A stretch of DNA of 64,000 nucleotides from Eledone cirrhosa (taxonomy: Eukaryota): NCBI GenBank assembly GCA_964016885.1, contig OZ024743.1, forward strand, positions 199,702,001-199,766,000, given 5' to 3'. Both the position numbers and the translations under genes were made by a program. Positions 45,224 to 57,596 of this stretch are shown here, piece after piece. Position 1 is the stretch's first letter; the number at the start of each line of letters is the position of its first letter. A model generated the notes under the pieces. That model did not search any database. It was not told the DNA's origin and worked only from the letters and a program-made list of their open reading frames with translations.

Positions 45224-45702
45224 ATTAAAGGTGGAAAACTGGGAGAGGGCACTTGCCTTGGTGGTCAGGGTCATTGTGGCCTTTTACTGGGCTTTCTCCA
45301 CAAATGTCCCTCCGAAGTCTCCCCCCTATTGGGGAATTTTTCATTGTTATTTTTTGTTACATCCTCTGTTTTTGTTTTTTACACGCAGAAATGCCCATTT
45401 GTACGGTCCTGTATTGTCCTGCACTGTCCTTAATGTCTACTTTATGTAAACCCTTGTGGTTAATAAAGAAATCATTATTATTATTATTATTACTGGCGAC
45501 CTACGTAGTAAATCGTATCATCATGAGCTCCGCAAACGTTTGTTATTTCCGTTTGTTAAAAATTGTCATTTATGGAAAATTTTATTGTTAACTGTTTATA
45601 AGCGCACATACACTGTTTTCCGAAAAGGACACCCAAAAAGATTGGGGCCTTGTGCCCAAAATTTAAACTTTTATTATTATCAAAAAAATTTCTTTGAAAA
45701 AA

Positions 45703-47893
45703 ATGGCTAATTCACCTCTGCACGAAGCAGCTGAAAGCCTTCCTCACAAATTAACACCTCACACCGACACCACCATTGTAAATGTTACTACGTTTGCCAA
45801 CACAAAAAAAAAATATAAGCACTAGCAATATTTTAAATTTGTCTCAGGCAGACATTCATTTCCCGCCATTACCAATGACTGCAGGTGTTAAAGCCTCCAC
45901 CACCACCACCACCGCGACAACCACCACCACCACCACCACCGCGACAACAGAAACAAAAGAAGAAAAAAAATAAATTAACTCGTGATGTCGAAATGAAATC
46001 AAGCAAAATGGACTCTCCCCCACCAAAGACGACTGACGACACCACCACCACAACTGAAACTAAAATTAATATTAACGATAGCAACAACAACAACAATGAC
46101 ATTATAACCCCCCCCCCCCTCAGTTTCGCCAGAGTAGCAAAACAGTTCGAAGCATTTACGGTAACTCAGGAGGATTTAGAAAATGCCAAACAAATGGTAA
46201 AGAAAGATGGGTACAGGGTCAGCCTCACCCCCCACCTAATAAAATGGAGCATCGGCGCCTATGCACCGTGTCGTATAGAACAATAAATGTAAAATCGCGC
46301 CGAGTGGAACGGGCATCCGAGTCCCAAATCCAAAAAGCTTTGGGACATGTGTGGGCAAGAAAAACCCACATCAGACGTGGGCAAAAGTATGGAACCGTGG
46401 ACGTGTTCTTTGAAACACCAGAGGAGGCTAGAGAACACTCCATGGCCCCATTAAGAAGTGACGACTTCACACTCGTCCCAAGCTATTGTGTCCAGAGTCT
46501 CGTAAAGATCAGGGTGACCCACGTTCCACCGGCCATCGAAATTCCCTGGCTAATAGCGGCTGTCCTCGCCGGCATCGAAGCCAACACGAAAATAATAGCA
46601 ATAGCAAAAGAAAAGCAGGAGAACTGGTCCGGATCTGGGATGGAGCTCCTGATCCAAGCGGACCAAAAAAGCATTGAGGAGATCCCAGAGGTAATAGACC
46701 TCACTGACGGCAGCCACCTCACGGTAATTATCGAGGGCAGAAGACCTAGGTGTGTCGTTTGTGGTGAAGGAACCCACCTAAGGGCTTTCTGCCCTCAGGC
46801 TAAAAGGTTGAGGCCACCTCTCCTACCCACCCCAGTGACACAACCATCAACACCACCAGTAGCAGAGATGGAAGCAACAACTGTAGCAGCAACAACAGAA
46901 GCAACTATAACAGCAACAACCCCAGCAACAGTAGCAAAACCAACACCACCACCACCACCAGCAAAACCAACACCACCACCACCCAACGCTTCAGAACTAG
47001 CACCAGCGCCTACACCATCCACCACGCCACAACCAAAACTAACGGCTGTGGAGGATTTTCCACTCCCCGGCCTATCTCAACTGGAGACAGATTGTGACGA
47101 CGAGGAGTGGGAAACGATATCCGGAAAAAAAAAAAGAAACCAAAAAAGAAAAAAAACTCTTCCTTCCCCCTCCAAAAACAAAATACAGAGGGAAACAAAT
47201 AAATTAAGAAACAAAAAAGTTAGGACAGATATGCCACCATCCACACCAGCATCACCAACCCCATCAACCCAAACACCAACACCATCACCATCATTAACCC
47301 CAACACCACCATCACCTACACCACAAAAGTCACCAAAATGCGAAACAGAAACAAACCCACAACAAACGCAAGCAAAACAAAACAACCAAAACGATACACA
47401 CTACACAGCATTAAATTTGAACAACAAGCGGTGGATTGGCAGTATCGGTAGAGCGTCGGACGCCATGCTTTCCAGCATAGTTACGTCCCTTTACGATCTG
47501 AGTTCAAATCCCGCCGAGGTTAACTTTGCCTTTCATCCTTACGGGGTCGATAAAATAAAGTACCAGTAATGCACTGGGTAATTGCTGGCCTTGTGCCAAA
47601 AGTAGAAACAATTAAATTTGAACAACAAGCAATTATTACACTACATCCAACACAACACCAGCATCACAGAAAAAGACTACACAACAACCCCAAAATTCAC
47701 ACCACCTCCACACATACTAATCACTCGCATCACACAGAAAACGTACATGACACTAAAACAAAAATTCCCCAAAGACATCGGAGACTTCCGACAAGCACTC
47801 TCCAAGAGGATTTATAAGGACATCCTTCCTGAGGAGGCCACAAGCAGTGAAAAGGATGGAAAAACCGTCCTTCCCCTACGAGAAGTAAGGTAA
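45703..47893 (+). pseudogene. ORF1 of copy B, frameshifted and interrupted by a SINE
   Basis: LSFARVAK, CVVCGEGTHLRAFC; resumes after the SINE with NNKQLLHYIQ, homologous to A's NKKLMTYII. Confidence 0.8.
47428..47610 (+). mobile_element. Young SINE inserted in ORF1 of copy B
   Basis: 20-bp TSD ATTAAATTTGAACAACAAGC at 47410-47429 / 47611-47630. Confidence 0.95.
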
Positions 47894-47927
47894 GTGGTCT
47901 TTCCCATCTTTTCCACTCCTTTTCAAC

Positions 47928-50900
47928 ATGACCTCACTCAGAATAGGCAGCATAAATGCGCGTGGCTTGGGGTCGTCATGGAAGCAGGGCCACCTGCTCA
48001 ATGACCTCAGGTCACTAAACATAGATGTAGTGGCCATCAGCGAGACCAGAATCTCTGAAGCACAGGCTTTTGCACCGATCTTCGGCGGCTACGATGTGTA
48101 CGCATCTCCCAGCCGTCCGGGATCGGGGGGAGGAGTTGCTGTGCTTTTTCGGAGAGGTTTGGATCTTGCCATACGGGCCATCTTCCTGGACCCAGAAGGT
48201 AAGTTGGTGGTGCTGGACGTGACCAGCGGAGACGGCCAAGCTTTCAGGTTAGTGGCCGTCTATGCCCCGACAGGAGCAGGGCGGCCTGATTTCTTCCGGC
48301 GTCTGGAGACCTTTCTTGGAACGTCCCGCTCTTTAGTGTTAGTGGGCGACTGGAACGGGATCTTAGATGCACGCTGGGATTGTGTGGGATTAGTGGATAG
48401 GGAAGGAGGGTGCAAGAGTCTCACCAACCTGCTCAGACGTTTTGAACTGTCTGACAGGTACCGAATGGATTTCCCAAATGTACCAATGTGGACTTGGACA
48501 AATCGCATAGGGTCATCCAGATCATATCTAGATAGAGTATTGTGTAGGGAAATAGATAGGTCTAGCATAGGCTGTCCACAATTCAAGATAGTCAGCTACA
48601 CGGACCAAAAATTCGTGATCTGTGTGCTTGACTTAGATAGGCTTCATAGACGAGGACCCGGCTACTGGAAGCTAAACGCGCGCAAGGCCTACAGAGACCG
48701 GATTAGCGAACTAGTTAAGCGGGCGTTGACGGGGGCCATCGTCAACAACAAGTGGTGGTTTGCTCTGAAAAGAGCGTTTAGAATAGAATCCATTAGGTTT
48801 AGTAAGGCTTTAGCAATAGAGAAAAATAGAGCAGAGGGAGAACTAGTTAGAAAATTAGACGAGGCGCTTAGCAAAGGCATTGCGACCGACGTGCTTGCGG
48901 CGAAATTGGCCCTTGACCAATTCTTCAATGCAAAGCACGAAGGCTGCGTTGTCAGAGCAAGGGTGCGTGCTCTCAGACACGAGGGGACGAAAGCCGTTCA
49001 ATGGGCCCGAGTGGCGGGGGCGCGTCGTGGCAACAAAGCCACGATCCGGTTTTTGGTGGACCACGACGGGCGCATGCTACTCGATCCCGGGCAAATGTGT
49101 GAAGCTTTTCATCGACACTTCGCTCAGCTGTTCGGGGGGAAGCGGTGGGCCGGGCCGGGGGATGGACTTTAGTGTCTACCTCGACGGACTGCCGCGGCTC
49201 TCGGCCACTGAGGCGAAGTGTTGCGATAACAGCCGCTGAAGTAAGGGAGGCAATGACTGGCTGCACAAGGGGTAAATCGCCTGGTTTGGATAGTCTGCCC
49301 TATGAACTTTACGTACATATGCCAGACTTGTTCGGAGGCCTCTTGGCGGACGTCTACTGCAACTCGCAACAGAATGGGAAAATTCCCAGCTCTGTGAGCC
49401 GAGGAGCGGTGGCGCTGCTGAGAAAGGATCCGAACAAGGGGGATAACATAGATAATTTTAGGCCCATAATTCTGCTAAACACAGAGTTCAAGATTTTGGC
49501 CAAGGTACTAGCAAAGAGGTTGGCGCTTGTCGTTAGTGGTCTGGTGGGAGAGGCACAGACATGCGCCATTCCCGACAGATCCATCCACGACAACCTCCAC
49601 CTCATGCGATAGGGAACCTGGCACGGGTGGGTCTTTGATCAATTTAGATCAGTCGAAAGCCTTCGATAGGGTCGACCATCGTTACCTAGCGGCAGTCCTG
49701 AGGGCGGCTGGCTTTGAGCCCGTCTTCAGAGGCTGGATCGCTGCCATGCACAGCGACATCTGCTCTGTAGTGAGAGTGAATGGTCACCTTTCGGAACTGT
49801 TCAACATCATGCGCTCGGTCCGCCAAGGATGTCCCCTTTCGTCCCTATTGTACGTATTGACTCTTGAGCCTTTACTGCACAAACTGGAGACGTTGAGGGG
49901 GGTCCCGCGCGAACTAGGATGCGGAAGATCCGTGTCAGCATATGCCGACGATGTCACCGTAGTGGTGTCGAACGCCAAACACATCGAGGCGATCGGCACT
50001 ACACTAAGAGAATACGAAGCGGTGACAGGAGCAATGATCAACCAGGAAAAGTCAGTGGGCCTGCAGCTCGGCACCTGGAGAGGCAGGTCCATGCCGTCCA
50101 ACAGCGTCGTCGGGCGCTGGACGGACGGACCGGTTAAATTGCTAGGGGTCTGGTTCGGTCCAGACCTCCAGACGGACAAAAACTGGGACGAGGTGACGAG
50201 CAGGGTGGCTTCTCTCACCCAGAAATGGGCTGAGAGGAAGCTATCCCTGAAAGGTCGAGCGGAGGTGGCGAATGCGTACATCGCATCCGTCATCTACTAC
50301 CGCCTGACCGTCGTACCTTGTCCTAAGCCCCGCCTGACTGCGCTGGAGCGTTTGCTCCTTCGCTTCTTGTGGAAGGGACGCGCTCCGATGGTCAGGCGGT
50401 CCACCTGCTGTCAACACCCGCTACGTGGAGGGCTGGGCATGCCGTGGCTGATGATGCGCAGACACACGCTCAGGCTACGACATCTCCACCTCTTCCTCGA
50501 CGGTGATCAGGTGTGGTCGCCGTTTGCTAGACACGTTTTTCCCCAGCTCGTCTACTTGACGGAGCTGCAGTCCTGGGTCAAGCGAAGACCGAGAGGGAGC
50601 GCTTGGAGACTGGAATGTCTTCAGGCGCTCACAGCCCTCGACCAATCGGGCAATGTGATCGGTGGAAACTCCACCTTGGCGTTCTATAGGGGATTAGTGC
50701 AGGGGAAGAGCGACGACGTACTTGGAGAAACTCTAGGCGTCGACGAAGATCAACTAGCCAATCTCTTCGGAAGGACTTTCGGGCCGGGGCCTATGGACAA
50801 CTTCCAGAAATCCCTGGCCTGGCAGTGCCACCGAGGAGCTTTGCCAGTTCGGGATAAACTCTACAGGCATGGAGGTGCCGTGAGCCGGGCATGTCCGAGA

Positions 50901-51308
50901 TGCGCGCAGGGCGACGAAACCGTCCTGCACGCACTCGTCCAGTGTCCGAGCATTGCTGACTTGTGGGTTTATGTCGAACACCTGCTGTCACGTGTAGGAC
51001 GGATCCAGCTATCAGCTGAGTCCATCGTGAGGATTGCCCCGCCCCCTTCCTTTAGCCTGGAAGGGCAGGCAGTTTTTATCTGTCTGGTGGCCATGGCGAA
51101 AGAGATAGTATGGTGGACACGTTTGAAAGGGCTGAAGACGAGCACTTACCTCTTCGGTGATGCCCTGATTAACTTTTTCAAATTTCATTTGAAAAGGAAA
51201 ATCAGGGTAGAGAGGGAAGTGCTCTCTTCCCAGCATTTTGTTGAAAGATGGGTGAGAGAAGCAAGTATGGCCCGAATGAATGGGCCTTCTCTGAATATGT
51301 GTCTGTAA
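47928..51308 (+). pseudogene. ORF2 of copy B: APE, RT, zinc finger; frameshifted
   Basis: Same motifs as A; DQSKAFDRV, RQGCPLS, YADD. Confidence 0.93.
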
Positions 51309-51551
51309 ATTAAAGGTGGAAAACTGGGAGAGGGCACTTGCCCTGGTGGTCAGGGCCACTGTGGTCTTTTAATGGGCTTTCTCCACAAATGTCCCTCGGA
51401 AGTCTCCCCCCTATTGGGGAATTTTTCTTTGTTATTTTATTTCAACCTCTGTTTTTTTTTACACGCAGAAATGCCCATTGTACCGTCCTGTATTGTCCTG
51501 TACTGTCCTTAATGTCTACTTTATGTAAACCCTTGTGGTTAATAAAGAAAA

Positions 51552-51615
<64 letters not shown>

Positions 51616-51616
<1 letters not shown>

Positions 51617-51968
51617 TTTGAGTCTCAGTCATTGATGTTAGTTAACTGGAAAGTTCGTCGAAATGAATATCAAGCCACTACCTGCAGCCTCAGATATTCA
51701 GGACGTATCGGAGGTTTCTTGCTGTTCCCAGCAAGCATGCCTTTTGAAGCGTTCCAAAAAGCGTGAAGGGGCCAATTTTCTTTAACCATCTCTGGAAACT
51801 TTTTGAGATAGTCCCTAGTGCGCCTATGACAATCGGGACGACCTTGACCTCATGGCAGTTCCAAATCCTTTTTACCGCCCACTTTAAGTCCTGGTATCGG
51901 TTAATTTTCTCCCTCTCCTTCTCTTGCACTCTCGTGTCGAATGGGCAGGCCACATCCACAATCAGACA
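51616..51968 (-). pseudogene. R4/Dong-like LINE 3' fragment (restriction-like endonuclease)
   Basis: DVACPFD...EKINRYQDLK...VPIVIGALG...LQKACLLGTARNLR; ends in (TAA)n on the minus strand. Confidence 0.85.
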
Positions 51969-52001
51969 CGATTATTATTATTATTATTATTACTATTACT
52001 A

Positions 52002-52192
52002 GGGCAGTGGATTGGCAGAATCGGTGGTGGGTTGGACGCCATGCTTTGACACATAGAGCTACGGCCCTTGCCAGTCTGAGTTCAAATCCCGCCGAGGTTA
52101 ACTTTGCCTTTCATCCTTACGGGGTCGATAAAATAAAGTACCAGTAATGTACTTGGTAATTGCTGGCCTTGTGCCAAAAGTAGAAACAATTA
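52002..52192 (+). mobile_element. SINE copy in (TTA)n
   Basis: SINE consensus motifs. Confidence 0.9.
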
Positions 52193-52537
52193 TTATTACT
52201 ATTCAAGCATATCATATTCTAATGACCTTACCGGATACGAAAATGCGAAACCGTATTTGGCCATTGTTCACTAAGTAGTCTTTTAAAATCTCTATTGTGT
52301 AAAATGAGAAATTTGAGGTATCATCTATTTACTATTTTCTTTATTTTTTTGATAATTTTTGTTTAGGCTTTTTCCATTAATAATAATGTCACGCTAGACA
52401 AAACTCAGAGTATTATTGTCGTAAAGAAAACATAGTCGGGAATTTCAATACATACATATAAATACATACATATATGGGCATACATACATACATACTTACA
52501 TATACATACATACATATACATAGATACATGCTTACAT

Positions 52538-52596
<59 letters not shown>

Positions 52597-52720
52597 CATA
52601 TATACACACACACATGCACACACACACATCTCTCTCACTCTCCCTCCCTCTCTCTATATATAGGAGATCTTAACGGTTCAAGTTTTTCCTGGATAGTCAA
52701 TATTTATAAAACAAAGTTTG

Positions 52721-52781
52721 TATTTTATCTGATGAGACCGTACCAAAGTTTTGGTACCCTTTAAATATATATAATAGAATA
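52721..52781 (+). ncRNA. Degenerate hammerhead (G12 mutated) in an orphan pLTR-like piece, 52662-52918
   Basis: TATTTTAT-CTGATGA-GACC GTACCAAA GT TTTGGTAC CCTT-TAAA-TATATA-TA-ATAGAATA. Confidence 0.6.
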
Positions 52782-53218
52782 AATATGATTTTATAAATAT
52801 AATTTCTATTTATTAATATCATTGATATTATACCCCAGAAAACTTGTCGGGTGCTTCGAATGAGTTATAAATATATATATTTGTTGAATTACCAACAAAT
52901 TAAATATCCCTTTTGCTTATATATATATATATATATGTAGGAGGTGAGTTTTATTGTAGTACAATAAAGCAATGCAGATATCGGATAAGAAGCACTCTAC
53001 AGTTTGTGGGACTGGAGTATGCATAATATAAGATCAAAAGATGGTTAAAGGAGTTCAATATATTTTATTATGCGCATTTCAAAAACAAACATCATCAAAC
53101 AATAATATTTGTGTTTTCATCAGATAAAACAGGAGAACATGATATGAAGGCTAAAAAAACACTTGTTGATAGTGCAGTTTTAAATCAACATATGAAAAGT
53201 GGTTTTAGATTGATGTGT

Positions 53219-54259
53219 AATAAAAACATCTTTGATGCTAACGCCAATTACTATAATAACGCACTTTCTAAAGCCGGCTATCCAGATAAAATCAAATATA
53301 ATAAAGAAACAAATTCTAGGAAAACTTACAGTAGAATATTTAATCATAACCATTCCAATAATTTTAATAAAAGACCTAGATACAAAAACATAATCTGGTA
53401 TAATGCTCCTTTCTCCATCTCTATTAATAACAATATTCCTAAATTATTTTTTAGTGCCTTAAATAAATGCTTCCCTCCCTCACATATCTATAGTAAAATA
53501 TTTAACAAACACACCATCAAATTTTCGTATTCTACATCCTCCAATATTTCCAACATCATCTCTAAACACAACAACAAAATATTAAATACTAAATCTCTTC
53601 CTTCCAATATTGAATTTCATAATAACAGTAATAGTACTCCTGACGTCATTGTAAACCCTAGGCTAACTTCTGTAAACCCAAATGCAACGTCAAACACAAC
53701 TTCGCTAAATGTTCATAATCCAACTCTAAATCAAGAAACTATTATTCCTATTATTCCTATCGCAAACAACTTCTCCAATCCAATTCCTTCTATAGATAAC
53801 ACTAGATCACTCATTAATAATCTCTCTAATTGCAACTGCCGCATTAAAAATAAATGTCCTCTCAACAACCATTGCCTCGATAAAAACTTAATTTATGAAT
53901 GTAAAATTATAACTAGCACCAATTCCTTCACCTATTTTGGCTCCACTTCCACCTCTTTTAAAGCTCGTCTCTATAATCATCATTCATCTTTCAAATACAA
54001 ACTTAAAAGAACTAACACTGCTCTCTCAGAACTCATATGGTCCTTAAAAGACAAAAACATTAAATATAACATCTTTTGGAAAAAGATTTCTTCTGCATCC
54101 TCATACTTGAACAGCTCTCTATCTAAAATCTGTAATCTCTGCCTAAATGAAAAATTTACCATTATCTCTAACCTAGAATCCATAATAAATAGACGCTCAG
54201 ATTTGTTTTCTATCTGCCTGCATAAATTCCATAGAACTTTTCACAAAGTATACAGTTAA
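53219..54259 (+). pseudogene. PLE ORF C-terminal half: RT thumb/linker, CxC zinc motif, GIY-YIG endonuclease
   Basis: IIWYNAPFS...KIFNKHTIKFSYS; CNCRIKNKCPLNNHCL; LIYEC...TYFGST...FKARLYNH; CNLCLNEK...INRRSD...CLH; open frame but RT core missing. Confidence 0.9.
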
Positions 54260-54316
54260 TATTCAATTCTTTATCAATTTAGAATCTTTTCTCAAAGGCA
54301 CATATACATACACCTC

Positions 54317-54760
54317 TTTAAAATATACCCATCTACCTTACTTTAAAGGGCATTATACACTCTATAATACTCGTTTACTCATTACCCTCATTCTATCTTC
54401 TCGTAAAACAATAACATTTGTTTTTGACATTTTGAATATTCATCCGCAATCATTATTATTTTTTCTCTCTATCATAAATCTTTTTAATCTCAATTTCATC
54501 CTTAATTTATTATTATATTTTTTTTTTTTTTTTTCTTAATATATACTCATATATTCTTTAAAATATACCCATCTACCTTACTTTAAAGGGCATTATACAC
54601 TCTATAATACTCGTTTACTCATTACCCTCATTCTATCTCCTCGTAAAACAATAACATTTGTTTTTGACATTTTGAGTATTCATCCGCAATCATTATTATT
54701 TTTTCTCTCTATCATAAATCTTTTTAATCTCAATTTCATCCTTAATTTATTATTATTTTT
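54317..54760 (+). repeat. About 240-bp-period direct duplication in the PLE 3'UTR; second, diverged pair at about 54950-55100 / 55185-55320
   Basis: CTTTAAAATATACCCATCTACC...TTATTATT present twice. Confidence 0.9.
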
Positions 54761-55570
54761 TTCTCCCCATCAACGAACTCATTATTAATACATATGAATT
54801 CAATATACAAACTTTAACTTCACATTATTTTTCTCAAATCCTTCTACACATAAACTTTTTCTCTTTGCTAATTTTAAAATTCCTACATTTCTTCTTTTGA
54901 CGTTAGAATATTCACCCACAATTATTATTTTTTTCTCTCTATCTTCATACATAATTTCCCTTCGTTAATTTTCAAATTCCTTTAATTTATACATTATCTT
55001 CCAACGGTTCCCAACCTCTCTATATTAAAACATTATATCTTTTTCTCAGTTATAAAAACTATCTCTTTCTCTCTATCACCCATCTCTCCCTTTCCACCTT
55101 CACTCTCATCTCCTCCCCTTTTTTTCATCCTTTCCAACCCCCCCCCCCTCCCTAAATATAATATATTTTTTCCTCGCACATATCCTCCCTTCGTTAATTT
55201 TCAAAATTTTTAATTTATACAGTATCTTCCAACGGTTTTCAACCCCTCTATATAAAATATATCTCCTCTCAGTTATAAAAACTATCTCTTTCTCTCTATC
55301 ACCCATCTCTCCCTCTCATCTCCTTCCCTTTTCATCCTTTTCTCTCCCCCCCCTCTCTAAATAAAATATTTTTCCCAATATCACACATCAATCTAAAACC
55401 ACTTTTCATATGTTGATTTAAAACTGCACTATCAACAAGTGTTTTTTTAGCCTTCATATCATGTTCTCCTGTTTTATCTGATGAAAACACAAATATTATT
55501 GCTTGATGATGTTTGTTTTTGAAATGCGCATAATAAAATATATTGAACTCCTTTAACCATCTTTTGATCT

Positions 55571-55608
<38 letters not shown>

Positions 55609-56000
55609 GTGAAATTTTTTTTACAAAATGAAAAATAACCGAGGTGTCCTACACGAGTGAACGTATAAAGAAAGTATAAAGAAAGTATAAAGAAAAAAGG
55701 GGGGGGGGACCCCCCCTCTTATTTGAAGAACTATTGTAACGCGAACTGGCGCGAAATTTATTATAATTATTGACAAACCAATCAAATTACTTCTCGAAAA
55801 ACCTGGCATTTCGAGCCACTTTTTCCATATAAAACAAGTAACATTCAGAGACCAACCAGATGTGAGAAAAACCACAGACCCTCCATCTCAACTCACCTTT
55901 TGAAAAGCAGAAGAACTGCGAAACCGGTAAAGGAACCAAATAAATATATATATTTTAAAAAAAAATAAGACTCCAGTTGCATTTTCGATTTCATCTCTTT

Positions 56001-56078
<78 letters not shown>

Positions 56079-56165
56079 GTAAAAGGTAAACAGAAATAAC
56101 AACACAATCGGTACAGTATATGGAATGAATATATTAGGTTAACGCTTGAAATAGAAGGAAGAGGG

Positions 56166-56201
56166 TCTTAAAGTTTCGGACGCTAGTCCTTCATCAGAAG
56201 A
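56166..56201 (-). ncRNA. Minimal hammerhead-like motif
   Basis: TCTT-CTGATGA-A-GGAC TAGC GTCC-GAAA-CT-TT-AAGA; stem III imperfect. Confidence 0.55.
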
Positions 56202-56315
56202 AAGAATGAGAAATAAGATAGATTGAAGGGACGCGCGGGGTGGAATTGGAAAACATGTCTTTGGATAAAAATAACAGGTCAATTCATGTTGACTTCTCTT
56301 GATATATATATATAT

Positions 56316-56590
56316 ATTTAATATATGTTGGTTGTTTACCGACACCTCAGTATGCAGATTGGAGCACTCGACGAAGTACGCAGGTTGGTTCGTTTACTTC
56401 GGAGTAATGTAAAATAATTAAGTCAAATATGTAAAATTTGGCTTCGTTTATTATAAATTATAGATATACTGCTATATATATTTCGGCAGTCCGAATTGGT
56501 GTGGGAAAGACAGGTACACATGTTGTTGAAGTGTGTTTTACTCCTTCAATACATCGATAAGTCCAGCTCCTGGTTGTGTTGTTATTTCTA
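56316..56590 (-). mobile_element. Diverged 3' end of the 16485-18890 PLE family with internally deleted HHR
   Basis: Matches 16485-16790; GGTGAC...TCTTCAG missing. Confidence 0.85.
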
Positions 56591-56884
56591 TATATATAGA
56601 GTGTAAAGAGTTTCCGTAGACTAGATAATGGAAAAAGGGCACTCTCTGTTAAGTACAGAGCTAAAGTATTTCATTATAAAAAAGATTCACAACACAGTTA
56701 CATGGTACTCAAGGCAATACAAACATGACCAACGTCGGCCATGTTGCTATTGCCTGAAAGATAAACAACACAAGAAGATATGCCGTCTCAAAGCCTATGA
56801 TAGATTAGGTAAATAGCAGACTCGATTAAATAAAGTACCAGTAATGCACTGGATAATTGCTGACCTTGTGCCAAAAGTAGAAAC

Positions 56885-56923
<39 letters not shown>

Positions 56924-56930
<7 letters not shown>

Positions 56931-57160
56931 GTGAGGTTTTTTTTACAAAATGAAAAATAACCGAGGTGTCCTACACGAGTGGAAGTATAAAGAAAAAGGG
57001 ATGAAATCGAAAATGCAACTGAAGTCTTATTTTTTTAAAAAATATATATATTTATTTGGTTCCTAATAAATATGGAACCTAATAAATATGGAACCAAATA
57101 AATATATATATTTAAAAAAAAAATAAGACTTCAGTTGCATTTTCGATTTCATCCCTTTTT

Positions 57161-57194
<34 letters not shown>

Positions 57195-57303
57195 GTATAT
57201 ATATAAAGACGAAGTCTTCTGTATGTGTGTGTGTGGACAAATAAATATATATATTTTAAAAAAAAATAAGACTTCAGTTGCATTTTCGATTTCATCCCTT
57301 TTT

Positions 57304-57339
<36 letters not shown>

Positions 57340-57538
57340 GTATATATATATATATATATCTGTATATATATAAAGACGAAGTCTTCTGTATGTGTGTGTG
57401 TGGACAATTTTTTTAAAAAATATATATATTTATTTGGTTCCTAATAAATATGGAACCTAATAAATATGGAACCAAATAAATATATATATTTTTAAAAAAA
57501 ATAAGACTTCAGTTGCATTTTCGATTTCATCCCTTTTT

Positions 57539-57545
<7 letters not shown>
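56924..57545 (-). mobile_element. Fold-back element (arms 56986-57063 / 57090-57167) with tail, locally re-duplicated; relative at 55602-56003
   Basis: AAGAAAAAGGGATGAAATCGAAAATGCAACTG and its reverse complement; repeated at 57238-57310 and 57407-57545. Confidence 0.8.

Positions 57546-57593
<48 letters not shown>

Positions 57594-57596
<3 letters not shown>

Larger units (their letters stand above)
39630..45492 (+). mobile_element. Tx1/L1-clade non-LTR retrotransposon, copy A (near full-length, disabled)
   Basis: ORF1 with CCHC knuckle; ORF2 APE-RT-Zn finger; AATAAA and (TTA)n tail; (TTA)n upstream. Confidence 0.92.
45493..51615 (+). mobile_element. Tx1/L1-clade non-LTR retrotransposon, copy B, head-to-tail after copy A
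   Basis: Starts right after A's (TTA)n tail; ORF2 and 3'UTR nearly identical to A; ends in long (TTA)n. Confidence 0.92.
52937..55577 (+). mobile_element. 5'-truncated Penelope-like (Naiad-like) element with inverted pseudo-LTRs in (TA)n
   Basis: Inverted repeats about 53023-53218 / 55382-55577; HHRs at 53063-53129 (-) and 55472-55538 (+); GIY-YIG ORF; direct repeats in the 3'UTR. Confidence 0.92.

Noticed and set aside
40081-51359. Antisense and alternative-frame ORFs within the LINEs
   Set aside because: Shadow ORFs of GC-richer coding sequence with no motifs
53111-53218. N-terminus of the 382-aa ORF as real protein
   Set aside because: It is the antisense of the inverted pLTR, fortuitously open; genuine PLE sequence starts at about 53219
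53219-55577. Selenocysteine recoding or SECIS as reported for some Naiad PLEs
   Set aside because: No in-frame TGA in the retained ORF and no convincing SECIS seen by eye
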